From contig CBDBGZ010000009.1 of the NCBI GenBank assembly GCA_965205425.1, positions 1,120,001 to 1,184,000 on the forward strand: 64,000 nt of DNA. Direction: 5' to 3'. The translations under genes were made by a program, and so were the position numbers. Positions 51,288 to 62,152 of the stretch are shown in pieces (position 1 is the stretch's first letter; the number at the start of each line of letters is the position of its first letter). This stretch comes from Nitrosopumilus sp. (GTDB taxonomy: Archaea; Thermoproteota; Nitrososphaeria; Nitrososphaerales; Nitrosopumilaceae). The notes under the pieces are model-generated. The model searched no databases. It had not been told where the DNA came from and saw only the letters and a program-made list of their open reading frames with translations.

Positions 51288-51933
51288 TCAACATCATTAT
51301 TTCAGGACCAGTAGTTAATGATCCGACTACTACACAGTGATTATTTACCAATATTCCTGATGATACATACGGAATTCCATTGTTGATAGAACTCTGCTCT
51401 ACTTTTACGCCTAAAACATTGGATATGGTCTTCATATCTTCCTCATTAGCCTCTGGATGGATTGCACCACCAGTACCATTTGCAACAAGTACAACACCTG
51501 TTTGGTTGAATCCTGATATCTTTTTCTGAATCACCTCAACTCCTAAAACATCTGAAATGGTTTGACAGTCTTGTTTTGATAACCATGGTGAGACAACTGC
51601 ACCTTTGTCATTTGCACAGATTACATTCCCAAGTGCATTAAATTTTGTATCTAAAACTCCAACTTCTAAATCAGTTTCAGCTTTTAGATAATCATATTCA
51701 TTTTGATAAGCAGTAGTAGGTAGCAAAACTCCTTTGTTGTTCATAACTGATAATGCACCAATCAATCTTGTATTTGCAACAGCAGTTTGATGGATTTCAA
51801 TATCAAGATACTCTGCAAGTTTGTCAGATTTGGTTTGAGCAAATCCCATTGGTACTAGTCCAATACTATCATTAACACTAATGTACACTCCAAGGTTTGG
51901 TCCACGATACACATCATACTTGATAATATCCAT
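51268..51933 (-). CDS. eif6: translation initiation factor aIF-6
   Basis: ALGNVICAND; TTGPEI. Confidence 0.93.
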   Translation of the reverse strand: MDIIKYDVYRGPNLGVYISVNDSIGLVPMGFAQTKSDKLAEYLDIEIHQTAVANTRLIGALSVMNNKGVLLPTTAYQNEYDYLKAETDLEVGVLDTKFNALGNVICANDKGAVVSPWLSKQDCQTISDVLGVEVIQKKISGFNQTGVVLVANGTGGAIHPEANEEDMKTISNVLGVKVEQSSINNGIPYVSSGILVNNHCVVVGSLTTGPEIMMLTRAFLN

Positions 51934-52043
51934 ATCCAGAAAATTGATCGTTGATCGTTATGAACGTAAGGAAATTTCCCTTCCTATCAGATCGAATATC
52001 GACTTGTATGTGCATTATACAGCTATCTAGCTTTAAATAATAA

Positions 52044-52571
<528 letters not shown>

Positions 52572-52678
52572 GTTTTACGAATCTAAACCTAGAAATTTTT
52601 GATTTTTATATTATTTTTTGAATTTAGTCCCCACTAATTTTCTCTAGCTTTAAATATTATTTAGAAATATTATTTTTC

Positions 52679-53227
52679 ATGGTAGATCTACAAATACCTG
52701 AAGATTTTTGTCACGACGACGTAAAACCAAAAGGACAAACTAACCATTCCGATGGTGAGAATTTCCACTACATTTGGGGTGACGGAAGATCTGATGGTGC
52801 AGCATTTTCAAACGACGATGTAAAAGCAGCCTATGAAGCAAGAGGAGAAAAACAAGTTCCTCTTGGAATTCATGGTACTACTGTTGCAGTCGATTGGGAT
52901 TCCTGTGTAGCAGCTGGTTCATGCATGAGTGTATGTCCAGTTCAAACATTCCAATGGTACAGAACCGAAAAAGATATTCCTGCAGACAAATGTATGGGAG
53001 AAACTTTTGATGGTACTGGCTTGACAGAACAAGACGAAAGATTAGATTATACAGACAAATCACAACCAATCAGAGAACACGATTGTACTGTTTGTATGGC
53101 TTGTCAAGAAATCTGTCCTGAAGGAGCAATTCTTATCGAATCTGCTAACCAAGAATGGCACGAGAAGGCAGCCGGAACATATGTAATTATGAAATCTGGT
53201 TCTGAAAACCCACACGCACACGATTAA
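52679..53227 (+). CDS. dicluster ferredoxin paralog
   Basis: CVAAGSCMSVCP; CTVCMACQEICP. Confidence 0.92.
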   Translation: MVDLQIPEDFCHDDVKPKGQTNHSDGENFHYIWGDGRSDGAAFSNDDVKAAYEARGEKQVPLGIHGTTVAVDWDSCVAAGSCMSVCPVQTFQWYRTEKDIPADKCMGETFDGTGLTEQDERLDYTDKSQPIREHDCTVCMACQEICPEGAILIESANQEWHEKAAGTYVIMKSGSENPHAHD

Positions 53228-53301
53228 AAAGAATTTTTTCTTTTTTCTTATTTTTCTATTTTACATCAACAGATTTTAACCTCTATTGTTCAACATTTTT
53301 T

Positions 53302-53385
53302 GCAGAGGTCGCCTAGCTCGGTAGGGCGCGGGCCTTGAGAGCCTGTGTGCGCAAGCATACGGGGGTTCAAATCCCTCTCTCTGCG
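53302..53385 (+). tRNA. tRNA-Ser(TGA)
   Basis: CGGGC-CT-TGA-GA-GCCTG; long variable arm. Confidence 0.93.
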
Positions 53386-53388
53386 TTT

Positions 53389-54339
53389 TTAATTTTCTAT
53401 TTTAGCTAGTTCTGCTAACATTGCAGATAATTGAATTTCAGAATTTGCTCCGACTAAAACTCTATAATCATATTTTGCAATTACCTCTAGGATATCTGCT
53501 AATTTATCGTGTTTTGATTTGAATACTGCAGAGTTTAGATATTTTAGAAAATCAGATTCAGACATTCCATAAACTTTGATCAACTCTATCATCTTCTCTC
53601 TAGCTTCGGGTACTTTTCCAGACAAGGCAATTTTTAGAACTTCATCTACATCACTAGTTTTTGTCAATCCGGCTGATGATTTTACATTCTCCTCAGTAAT
53701 GCCACCAAGACTTGCAGTTGCTTGTAACAGATTGATTGCATGTCTCAAATCCCCTTCTGTATAATCATAAATTGCTTTGAGCCCTTTTTTGTCAGATTTT
53801 ACCTTCTCTTTTTTGGCAATTTCCTCTAGTCTGCCAATAACTTTTTCCTCAAGAACTGATGTGAACTTGAAGGTGGCACATCTACTTTGAATCGGGTCAA
53901 TGATTTTTGAAATATTGTTAGCTATGAAAATAAATCTGCAAATTTTTGCAGTATCTTCTATGATTCTTCTCAATGCAGTTTGTGCATCATTAGTCATTTC
54001 ATCAGCTTCATCTAAAATGATAATTTTGAATGGAACTTCAGCCATTCCAGCGAATCTTGAGAATTTTTTTACTTTCTCTCTGACCATTCCTATTCCTCTT
54101 TCGTCTGATGCATTTAGCTCTAATGTGTAGTCTTTAACATAATCTCCTAAAATTTGTCTTGCAATACATAATGCAACTGTAGTTTTTCCAACTCCTGCAG
54201 AACCTGAAAACATCAAGTGTGGCATATCTGTTGGATCCTTGATTAAAGCTTCTAAACTTCCAATAATTTCAGTCTGGTTTACAACTTCAGAAAGTTTTGT
54301 TGGTCGATATTTTTCTACCCACATTCCAGTTGCAGACAT
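53389..54339 (-). CDS. rfcS: replication factor C small subunit
   Basis: WVEKYRP, ELNASDERG, DEAD, IQSRC. Confidence 0.97.
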   Translation of the reverse strand: MSATGMWVEKYRPTKLSEVVNQTEIIGSLEALIKDPTDMPHLMFSGSAGVGKTTVALCIARQILGDYVKDYTLELNASDERGIGMVREKVKKFSRFAGMAEVPFKIIILDEADEMTNDAQTALRRIIEDTAKICRFIFIANNISKIIDPIQSRCATFKFTSVLEEKVIGRLEEIAKKEKVKSDKKGLKAIYDYTEGDLRHAINLLQATASLGGITEENVKSSAGLTKTSDVDEVLKIALSGKVPEAREKMIELIKVYGMSESDFLKYLNSAVFKSKHDKLADILEVIAKYDYRVLVGANSEIQLSAMLAELAKIEN

Positions 54340-54430
54340 GAGTATCGAAGGCTAATTCCCATTAATAAATCCGAATTGGTTATTGTGTAATGCTATACGT
54401 TAAAATCAAAATTTAGCATAATTCATGCGC

Positions 54431-54527
54431 GATCAGCCTGTGATTAATTAGGATCAATTGATCTCACTAAATTGTTAACAGAATTGATCGATCCGATACT
54501 TGAGGATCTAAATCAGATTAAGTGATC
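54431..54527. promoter_or_regulatory. cluster of 7 GATC sites in the rfcS / GINS-MCM divergent region
   Basis: GATC at 54431, 54452, 54460, 54486, 54490, 54505, 54524. Confidence 0.7.
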
Positions 54528-54531
54528 TCAC

Positions 54532-55062
54532 ATGGAAATAGACAAAATAGAAAAAGTGCATTCAATAGGATATCGCCTAAAGGATGCTAAGGTTACAGTA
54601 AATCAAGATTTCAAGTATAACGTGGCTGGAATGAAAATTGAAGGCACACAAGGTGATACAAATAACATGCCTCAGTGGGTAGGTAAAATTATCGCTGATA
54701 GCAACATAGGAACATTAACTTCTCCAGATATGATTACCCAACTAAAACAAGCCTTGTCAAAAGAAAAGATGGTTGGCGAATACCAAATCTCTACACTTGA
54801 TCCTCACTTTTACATCAAACTAAAAGAATCTATGAAAGAATTGAACCGAGATGATTTTGATAAAGTTGAAAGTATGATGTTGGAACTATTTAGAATGCGA
54901 AGAGGTAAACTAGTAAAAATTGCAGATTCTATCAAACTAAACTCAGAATTATACAACAAACTAACAGTTGAGGAGAATGTTTTCTACAAAACAATCCATG
55001 ATAACAGCATAGAGTTTGAAAAACAAATAAGAGGAGAACGAGATGAGCACAGCTCAAGCTAG
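54532..55062 (+). CDS. GINS subunit (Gins23-like)
   Basis: MPQWV, FYI, RRGKLV, LTVEE; directly upstream of mcm. Confidence 0.8.
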   Translation: MEIDKIEKVHSIGYRLKDAKVTVNQDFKYNVAGMKIEGTQGDTNNMPQWVGKIIADSNIGTLTSPDMITQLKQALSKEKMVGEYQISTLDPHFYIKLKESMKELNRDDFDKVESMMLELFRMRRGKLVKIADSIKLNSELYNKLTVEENVFYKTIHDNSIEFEKQIRGERDEHSSS

Positions 55063-57130
55063 TACATTTACAGATTCTGCATTATCTGATAAGGTAAAAG
55101 AATTCCTTACTAGATTCAAGGATAGAGATGGCAACTACAAGTATGTAGATGTAATCGACGAGATGATGCCAAAGAATGCCAAATACATTATCGTAGATTA
55201 CAATGATTTAGTTATAGAGCCACAAATTGAGGCAATTTTCTCAGAAAACCCTGATAGAATATTTGATGCATTCTCAAGAGCAATCAAAGAAGCATTACAA
55301 ACAAGATTCCCTGAATATGCAGAAAAAATCAAAGATGAAGTACGTGTAAGATTAGTCAATTTCCCATTAGAACGAAGTCTAAGACAAATCAATGCTGAAA
55401 CAATTGGAAAAATTACAAGTGTTTCAGGAATGGTAGTTAGAGCATCTGAAGTAAAACCACTTGCAAAAGAACTAGTCTTTGTATGTCCTGATGAACATCC
55501 CACAAAAGTAATTCAACTAAAAGGAATGGATGTCAAAATTCCAATTGTCTGTGATAATCCAGCTTGTAAACATAGAGATTTTGAGTTAAAACCTGAAGCA
55601 AGCAAGTTTATCGATTTCCAAATATTGAGATTGCAAGAACTTCCAGAGGATCTACCTCCAGGACAACTTCCTCACTATATTGATGTCACAACTAGGCAGG
55701 ATTTAGTCGATAATTCAAGGCCAGGAGACAGAATTATTCTCACTGGTGTAGTTCGTGTAGAGCAAGAATCAGTTGCCGGAGTTCAAAGAGGTCACAGTGG
55801 ATTATACAGATTAAGAATTGAAGGAAATAATATCGAATTTCTCAGTGGACGTGGTTCTAAAACTGATAGAAAGATTGGAAGAGAAGAAATTTCTCCTGAA
55901 GAAGAAAAACTAATCAAATCACTAGGTCAAAGTTCAGATGTTTATCAAAGATTAATTGATTCATTTGCTCCACACATTCAAGGTCAAGCATTAATCAAAG
56001 AAGCTATTTTGTTACTTATCGTTGGTTCCAACCAAAGATTACTTGGTGATGGAAGTAAGATTAGAGGAGACATTAACGTATTTCTTGTAGGAGATCCTGG
56101 TACTGCAAAATCTGAAATGCTAAAGTTCTGTGCAAGAATTGCACCAAGAGGTTTATATACTTCTGGTAGAGGTTCTACAGCTGCAGGTCTTACAGCTGCT
56201 GTAGTTAGAGATAAGACAGGAATTATGATGTTAGAAGCAGGTGCAGTAGTATTAGGTGATCAAGGTCTTGTAAGTATAGACGAATTTGATAAAATGAAAC
56301 CTGAAGACCGAAGTGCATTGCACGAAGTTATGGAACAACAATCTGCAAGTATTGCAAAAGGTGGTATTGTAGCTACCCTAAATGCAAGAACTTCAATTTT
56401 AGCTGCAGCAAACCCAATGTATGGAAAATATGATCCTTTCAAAAATATTACAGAAAATGTCAATTTACCAATTCCACTGCTTACAAGATTTGACTTGATC
56501 TTTGTAGTTAGAGATATTCCAACTAAAGAAAGAGATATACAAATTGCAAAACATATCATTCGAAGAAATACAACACAAGGTACTGATAAAAAATCTGTTA
56601 TTGAAGTTGACTTGCTAACAAAATATCTGTCATATGCAAAACGAGGTGAACCCGAACTAACACAAGAAGCAGAAGCTAAAATTCTTGATTACTATCTACA
56701 GATGAGAAATGTAGAATCTGAAGAAATGATTACAGTTACTCCTAGACAACTAGAAGGTATAATCCGACTTTCAACTGCAAGAGCAAGATTACTCATGAAA
56801 GACAAGGTAGAGGAAGAAGATGCTGAACGTGCAATCTTCCTAATTCAGAGCATGCTTCAGGATGCAGGAGTTGATGTCAATACTGGAAAAGTCGATCTCG
56901 GTGTGTTACAAGGAAAACCAAGAAGTGAAGTTTCAAAGATGCAATTATTCATGGATGTCCTCAAAGGTCTTGAAGGTGATAACAAAGTTCCAGTAGAAGA
57001 GAAAACATTTGTAAAAGAACTTGAAAAGAGTGAAAAATTCACTGAAGAAGAAGCAAGAAACTATATCAGAAGAATGCTCAGAGAAGCATCTATTTATGAA
57101 TCAAAACCAGGTCACTATAACCGAGTATGA
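55043..57130 (+). CDS. mcm: MCM replicative helicase
   Basis: GDPGTAKS, IDEFDKM, TRFD; no intein. Confidence 0.98.
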   Translation: MSTAQASTFTDSALSDKVKEFLTRFKDRDGNYKYVDVIDEMMPKNAKYIIVDYNDLVIEPQIEAIFSENPDRIFDAFSRAIKEALQTRFPEYAEKIKDEVRVRLVNFPLERSLRQINAETIGKITSVSGMVVRASEVKPLAKELVFVCPDEHPTKVIQLKGMDVKIPIVCDNPACKHRDFELKPEASKFIDFQILRLQELPEDLPPGQLPHYIDVTTRQDLVDNSRPGDRIILTGVVRVEQESVAGVQRGHSGLYRLRIEGNNIEFLSGRGSKTDRKIGREEISPEEEKLIKSLGQSSDVYQRLIDSFAPHIQGQALIKEAILLLIVGSNQRLLGDGSKIRGDINVFLVGDPGTAKSEMLKFCARIAPRGLYTSGRGSTAAGLTAAVVRDKTGIMMLEAGAVVLGDQGLVSIDEFDKMKPEDRSALHEVMEQQSASIAKGGIVATLNARTSILAAANPMYGKYDPFKNITENVNLPIPLLTRFDLIFVVRDIPTKERDIQIAKHIIRRNTTQGTDKKSVIEVDLLTKYLSYAKRGEPELTQEAEAKILDYYLQMRNVESEEMITVTPRQLEGIIRLSTARARLLMKDKVEEEDAERAIFLIQSMLQDAGVDVNTGKVDLGVLQGKPRSEVSKMQLFMDVLKGLEGDNKVPVEEKTFVKELEKSEKFTEEEARNYIRRMLREASIYESKPGHYNRV

Positions 57131-59253
57131 ACATAGCGAAACTAAAACTTCCTGAATCTGCAATTGAATTTCTAAAATCACAAGGATTTACAAAATTATA
57201 TCCACCTCAAGCAGATAGTGTAAAATCTGGATTACTTGATGGAAAAAGCATTCTAGTGTCTGCTCCTACTGCAAGTGGAAAAACTTTGATTGCAATGCTT
57301 GCAATGCTAAGTTATATTTCAAATAACAAGGGTAAAGTGATTTATCTTAGCCCGTTACGAGCACTAGCTGCTGAAAAGTTTACAGAATTTAAAAAATTAG
57401 AAAAAGTTGCTCTAGGAAATAAAGTCAAAGTTGCAATCTCTACAGGAGATTTTGAAAATATTGAAAAGAATCTTGAGAAAAGCAATGTGTTAATTCTAAC
57501 AAATGAAAAAATGGATTCTATTATTCGACATGGTGCAGAATGGGTTGATGATATTGGATTGGTAATTTCTGATGAAGTTCATTTGATTGGAGATGAAAGC
57601 AGAGGTCCAACACTTGAAATGATTCTTACACAACTCAAACTATTAGAAACAAAACCTCAGATTGTAGGCCTTAGTGCAACAATTACAAATTCTGATGAGA
57701 TTGCAGATTGGCTTGAATGTAAACTAGTAAAAAATGACTGGCGACCTGTTCCATTATCTGAAGGAGTATGCGATGAAGGCCAAGTCACAATGAGTGATGG
57801 AAAGATCTTTGAAGTTGAGCGCAGTTTGAGAGGAACACCTATTGATTTAGGCGTACAATCTGTACAACAAGGAGGACAATCACTTGTATTTGCTGAAACT
57901 AGGACTCGTTCAAAATCTCTAGCAACAAAAGCCGCAGACATAATTTCTCAAATATTAGAAAAAAAAGAAATTACTGACCTAGAAAAAACATCAAAAAAAA
58001 TTCTATCTGAAAATGAACATACAGAAATTGTAAAAACTTTAGCAACACTAGTAAAAAAAGGAGTTGCATTTCATCATGCAGGATTAAATCAAAAATGCCG
58101 AGAAACAATAGAAACAGAATTTCGCAAAGGCACAATCAAACTATTATCATCAACTCCTACGTTAGCTGCTGGTGTTAATCTTCCTGCAAGACGAGTTGTA
58201 ATATCTAACATAAATCGATATAATGCAAAAGTTGGAGCAAACAGACCAATAAGTATTCTAGAATACAAACAGCTTTGTGGAAGAGCTGGAAGACCACAAT
58301 ACGATGATTATGGAGAATCAATTATAGTTGGAAATGGAAACACTGAAGATCTAATTGAATATTACATTAATGGAGAACCTGAACCTATTGTCTCAAAAAT
58401 TACAGATGATAAATCTTTACGAACTCATATTCTAAGTGTTATAGTTACACATCCTGGAATTAAAAAAGAAGAGATTTTAGAATTCTTTTTACAAACACTA
58501 GGTGGATTACAATCAAGAAAACCTACAATAAAATTTGCAATTGATATATCGTTGAGATTTCTTTCAAGCAAGTTTCTCATAATAAAAAAAGGTGAAAGAT
58601 ATGCTGCAACTGAATTTGGAAAAAAGACATCAATGTTGTATATTGATCCGTTAACTGCAACATACTTTAGAGATTCAATTGAAAATGTCTCTGAAGAGAG
58701 AAAACATACTTTTGGTTTCTTACATTTGATAACTAACTGTGAAGAATTTTTCCCCAAATTCTCACTTCGACAAAGAGATTATGAAACAGCCAGTTTGATG
58801 ATAGAAAATAATTCCTCACAACTACTTGAACCAATCTCAGAGTATGATTGCTCAAGAAGTCTTTTAGCCTTGCAATCTTGGATTACAGAATCCACTGAAT
58901 TATCTCTCTCTGATAGCCTCGGAATAGAATCTGGAGACATGCACAGAATGACTGAAAATGCTAACTGGTTATCGTATTGTCTTAGGGAGATTTCCAAGCA
59001 TGTTGAAAGGGCAGATTTACTTGAAGAATTGGGAGATTTGAGGAATAGGGTAGTTTATGGAATTAGAGAAGAATTACTTGATTTGGTTAGAGTTAAAGGA
59101 ATTGGACGAGTCAGGGCTAGAATTCTTTTCAAACATGGAATAAAGAACCTTGATGATTTGAGGAAAATTCCTGTGAATAAATTAGCAGAGATTGATAAAA
59201 TTGGTTCAACCATTGCGGATAACATAAAGGCAGAGTTACGAAGGGTTAGATAA
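57127..59253 (+). CDS. hel308: Hel308/Hjm SF2 helicase
   Basis: PTASGKT, DEVH, FHHAGL, GRAGRP, HhH. Confidence 0.93.
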   Translation: MNIAKLKLPESAIEFLKSQGFTKLYPPQADSVKSGLLDGKSILVSAPTASGKTLIAMLAMLSYISNNKGKVIYLSPLRALAAEKFTEFKKLEKVALGNKVKVAISTGDFENIEKNLEKSNVLILTNEKMDSIIRHGAEWVDDIGLVISDEVHLIGDESRGPTLEMILTQLKLLETKPQIVGLSATITNSDEIADWLECKLVKNDWRPVPLSEGVCDEGQVTMSDGKIFEVERSLRGTPIDLGVQSVQQGGQSLVFAETRTRSKSLATKAADIISQILEKKEITDLEKTSKKILSENEHTEIVKTLATLVKKGVAFHHAGLNQKCRETIETEFRKGTIKLLSSTPTLAAGVNLPARRVVISNINRYNAKVGANRPISILEYKQLCGRAGRPQYDDYGESIIVGNGNTEDLIEYYINGEPEPIVSKITDDKSLRTHILSVIVTHPGIKKEEILEFFLQTLGGLQSRKPTIKFAIDISLRFLSSKFLIIKKGERYAATEFGKKTSMLYIDPLTATYFRDSIENVSEERKHTFGFLHLITNCEEFFPKFSLRQRDYETASLMIENNSSQLLEPISEYDCSRSLLALQSWITESTELSLSDSLGIESGDMHRMTENANWLSYCLREISKHVERADLLEELGDLRNRVVYGIREELLDLVRVKGIGRVRARILFKHGIKNLDDLRKIPVNKLAEIDKIGSTIADNIKAELRRVR

Positions 59254-60246
59254 TTGATTGATTTACTAATTCCAGCTATAATTTCTTGCATTGTTGCATT
59301 TCTTGTAGTATTTGTAATGACTCCGCCATTAATCAAAATTTTAGAAAAAAGAAATTTTGCAGTAAAAGATATGAATAAAAAAGAAGATGTTATGGTGGTA
59401 AGACCTGGAGGACCTGCAATCATTGCAGGAATTATTGCATCTGAAATTGTTCTTTATGCATTTTTACAAATGAATGAAATTCTTGCTATTATCATTACAA
59501 CATCTGCTGCATTTCTGATTGGTTATGTTGATGATCGAAAAGTTATGGGAGGATGGTTCAAACCCGTAGCTTTAGCAGTAGCTGCAATTCCAATAATTGC
59601 ACTTGGTGCATATGATACAGATCTTGCTTTCCCATTATTTGGAACTGTACAAATTCCTGCATTATATCTTGCATTGATACTTCTAATGATTCCTATTACT
59701 GGAAACACAATCAACTCAATAGATGTTCTAAACGGTGTTGCAAGTGGGTTTATGGTAATTGCTAGTTTTTCATTATCAATTTGTTTGTTTATTATACAAA
59801 ATTATGAAATTGTAATAGTTAGTTTACCTCTTGGATTTGTTTCACTGGCTTTTTACAAATACCATAAAATCCCAAGTAAGATTTTTCCTGGAGATTCTGG
59901 TGCACTAACTTTGGGTGCAATGTATGGTTCTATTGCAATAGTTGGGGGTGTGGAAATAATTGCAGCCGTAGCTCTCTTACCTGCAGTCATAAACTCATTT
60001 TTGTTCCTATCGAGTGTAAAACGAATAGTAGAACATAGAGAGATCAAAGGAGTTCCAGTTGATCATACTGATGATTTTAGATTAAAGGCTACTGATGATA
60101 AAACTGCCCCAATCACGTTAGTAAGATTGATTCTTGCAGGAGGTCCAATGTCTGAAAAACAAATAGGCTTTGCAATTTTCAAACTAGCATTATTTTCAGG
60201 AATCTTGGCAGTGATTACTGCATTTATGATGGGAGTATCACTTTGA
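59254..60246 (+). CDS. UDP-GlcNAc:dolichyl-phosphate GlcNAc-1-P transferase (MraY/GPT family)
   Basis: GYVDD, NSIDVLNG, IFPGDSG. Confidence 0.88.
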   Translation: MIDLLIPAIISCIVAFLVVFVMTPPLIKILEKRNFAVKDMNKKEDVMVVRPGGPAIIAGIIASEIVLYAFLQMNEILAIIITTSAAFLIGYVDDRKVMGGWFKPVALAVAAIPIIALGAYDTDLAFPLFGTVQIPALYLALILLMIPITGNTINSIDVLNGVASGFMVIASFSLSICLFIIQNYEIVIVSLPLGFVSLAFYKYHKIPSKIFPGDSGALTLGAMYGSIAIVGGVEIIAAVALLPAVINSFLFLSSVKRIVEHREIKGVPVDHTDDFRLKATDDKTAPITLVRLILAGGPMSEKQIGFAIFKLALFSGILAVITAFMMGVSL

Positions 60247-60473
60247 AGTCTGGTTTATTTGGATTTTTGTTTGGAATGTGGACTCTGATAATAATTGGAG
60301 GTGGAATCGTAGTTACACTTCTTGGACCAATTTCAATATCTGGTTTTGGAGATTTTGATTGGTTTATTGGATCTGTGATTAAAGCAACAATTGCATTAGT
60401 TCTAGTTGTAATTTGGATTTTAATTTTGTCAAAATTAAAAAACTGGATTTTCAGAAAGGAAATAAAGTTTTAA
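60243..60473 (+). CDS. small two-TM protein
   Basis: hydrophobic; overlaps the upstream stop. Confidence 0.7.
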   Translation: MKSGLFGFLFGMWTLIIIGGGIVVTLLGPISISGFGDFDWFIGSVIKATIALVLVVIWILILSKLKNWIFRKEIKF

Positions 60474-60946
60474 CTTTCTTTCCATTGTCTTTGTTTTTTG
60501 TCGTATTCCTCTCTACTATATCTAATTGAAGCAGGTGAACCCATAACAACAGAATTCTCAGGAACATCTCTTGTAACAATTGCACCCATTGCAACTACAC
60601 TATTTTTTCCTATAGTAACACCTGCTTTGATAACTGCACGTGCACCTATTATCGCATTATCTTCAATTGTAACTCCTACCATTTTATTACACATTGGATA
60701 TGGATCATTTGTTAATGCAGCATCTGGTCCTATGAATACATTTTTTCCAATTCTAGAAAGTGGTGGAATGTATGCTTGACCTTCAATTCTTGTATTTTCA
60801 CCAATCTTTACATCGTAATCAATATGTGCAAGAGATCCTATACTGACATTATCTCCAATCTCAGTATTGTCTCCTACATATGAAAAATGCCAAATCTGAA
60901 CATTTTCACCAATCTTTGCTTTTTCTGAAATAAAATTAGTAACCAT
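60470..60946 (-). CDS. hexapeptide-repeat N-acetyltransferase (WbpD-like)
   Basis: IWHF; TNDPYP; hexapeptide repeats. Confidence 0.9.
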   Translation of the reverse strand: MVTNFISEKAKIGENVQIWHFSYVGDNTEIGDNVSIGSLAHIDYDVKIGENTRIEGQAYIPPLSRIGKNVFIGPDAALTNDPYPMCNKMVGVTIEDNAIIGARAVIKAGVTIGKNSVVAMGAIVTRDVPENSVVMGSPASIRYSREEYDKKQRQWKES

Positions 60947-60950
60947 TATC

Positions 60951-61220
60951 TTACAAATGCCATGGGTTTGCCTTTGTAATAATTTTTTCAGGTAATTTGT
61001 CCTTGTAGTTTTTCAGAAATTCCATTTCTTGCTTTTTATCTCGTAACTCATCAGGAAGCATAATTGGAATTTCTTCAATAATTGGATAGAATCTAGAACA
61101 TTTTGGGCAAAATATTGCACCTTCTGATACCACATTATCTTTTTCCTTTATTTCAAATAATTCTAAAGGATGATTCTTGTCTATGGGACACGCCAAAATA
61201 TCCATCATTGTTTTGTTCAT
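60951..61220 (-). CDS. Trm112-family protein
   Basis: ILACP..C..C.R.YPI.EEIPIMLP. Confidence 0.9.
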   Translation of the reverse strand: MNKTMMDILACPIDKNHPLELFEIKEKDNVVSEGAIFCPKCSRFYPIIEEIPIMLPDELRDKKQEMEFLKNYKDKLPEKIITKANPWHL

Positions 61221-62152
61221 TTTAGATCCAGATAGATAGGAATTCCCTTTTGACTAGATAAAAGTGCAGCTTCGGCAATCTTTGTAACATTTACCGCCTC
61301 TTGTGCAGTAACTACTTGTTGATTTTTGCCTTCAATTGCACCAAGAAAACTCTGAATTTCTAATAACAGTGGTTCTTGTTTTTCATTTTGTACAGTTTCA
61401 GATCCTTCATCTCTTTCTACAATAACTTCCTGACTGATAAAATCTGATGAAATTATTGCATCAGTACACACTGCATTAAATTTCCTTACTTTTTTTGGGG
61501 TAATCCAATTTGATGAAATAATTGCAACTTTATCATTTTTGTATCCTAGCATTATGCTTGTAAAATCTTCATGTTCATGTTTTATTTTCCCTGCTCTTGC
61601 AAATACAACTTGTGGCATATCATTAAACAACCAATTTGCAGTATCGATATCATGAACTGATGTGTCATAGATGATTCCAACATCTTTAATGTGTAGGGGC
61701 ATTCTGTTTTCTCTATGAAATTCAAGCATCACTAGTTCTCCATATTTTTTATCATTAACCATTTTTTTAACAACATCTACTGCTGGATTGAATCTTTCAA
61801 TATACCCACAAGTAAGAATTACTTTATTTTTTTCTGCAAGTTTTGCAAGTGTTTGCCCATCTTCAGATTGATATGTCATTGGTTTTTCAACAAAGACATG
61901 TTTCTTTGCTTCTAACAATTTTTTTGCAATTTCTGTATGCGTAGATGTGGGAGTTACTACAAAAGCACCATCAAATTCTTCAGCATTTAGTAATTCTTCT
62001 ATTGATTCATAGTGATTAACTGAATATTTTTCTCCATATTCTTTACTTTTTTGAGAATCTGCATCACATACTGCAACTAGTACTCCTAACTGGGACAAAA
62101 CACGTGTATGATTTTTACCCCATCCGCCAGTTCCAATTTGTACAATCTTCAT
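61217..62152 (-). CDS. Gfo/Idh/MocA oxidoreductase
   Basis: GTGGWG, EKP, ERFNP, HDID. Confidence 0.92.
   Translation of the reverse strand: MKIVQIGTGGWGKNHTRVLSQLGVLVAVCDADSQKSKEYGEKYSVNHYESIEELLNAEEFDGAFVVTPTSTHTEIAKKLLEAKKHVFVEKPMTYQSEDGQTLAKLAEKNKVILTCGYIERFNPAVDVVKKMVNDKKYGELVMLEFHRENRMPLHIKDVGIIYDTSVHDIDTANWLFNDMPQVVFARAGKIKHEHEDFTSIMLGYKNDKVAIISSNWITPKKVRKFNAVCTDAIISSDFISQEVIVERDEGSETVQNEKQEPLLLEIQSFLGAIEGKNQQVVTAQEAVNVTKIAEAALLSSQKGIPIYLDLK

Noticed and set aside
55043..57130. Intein in MCM or RFC
   Set aside because: Protein lengths and motifs are contiguous.
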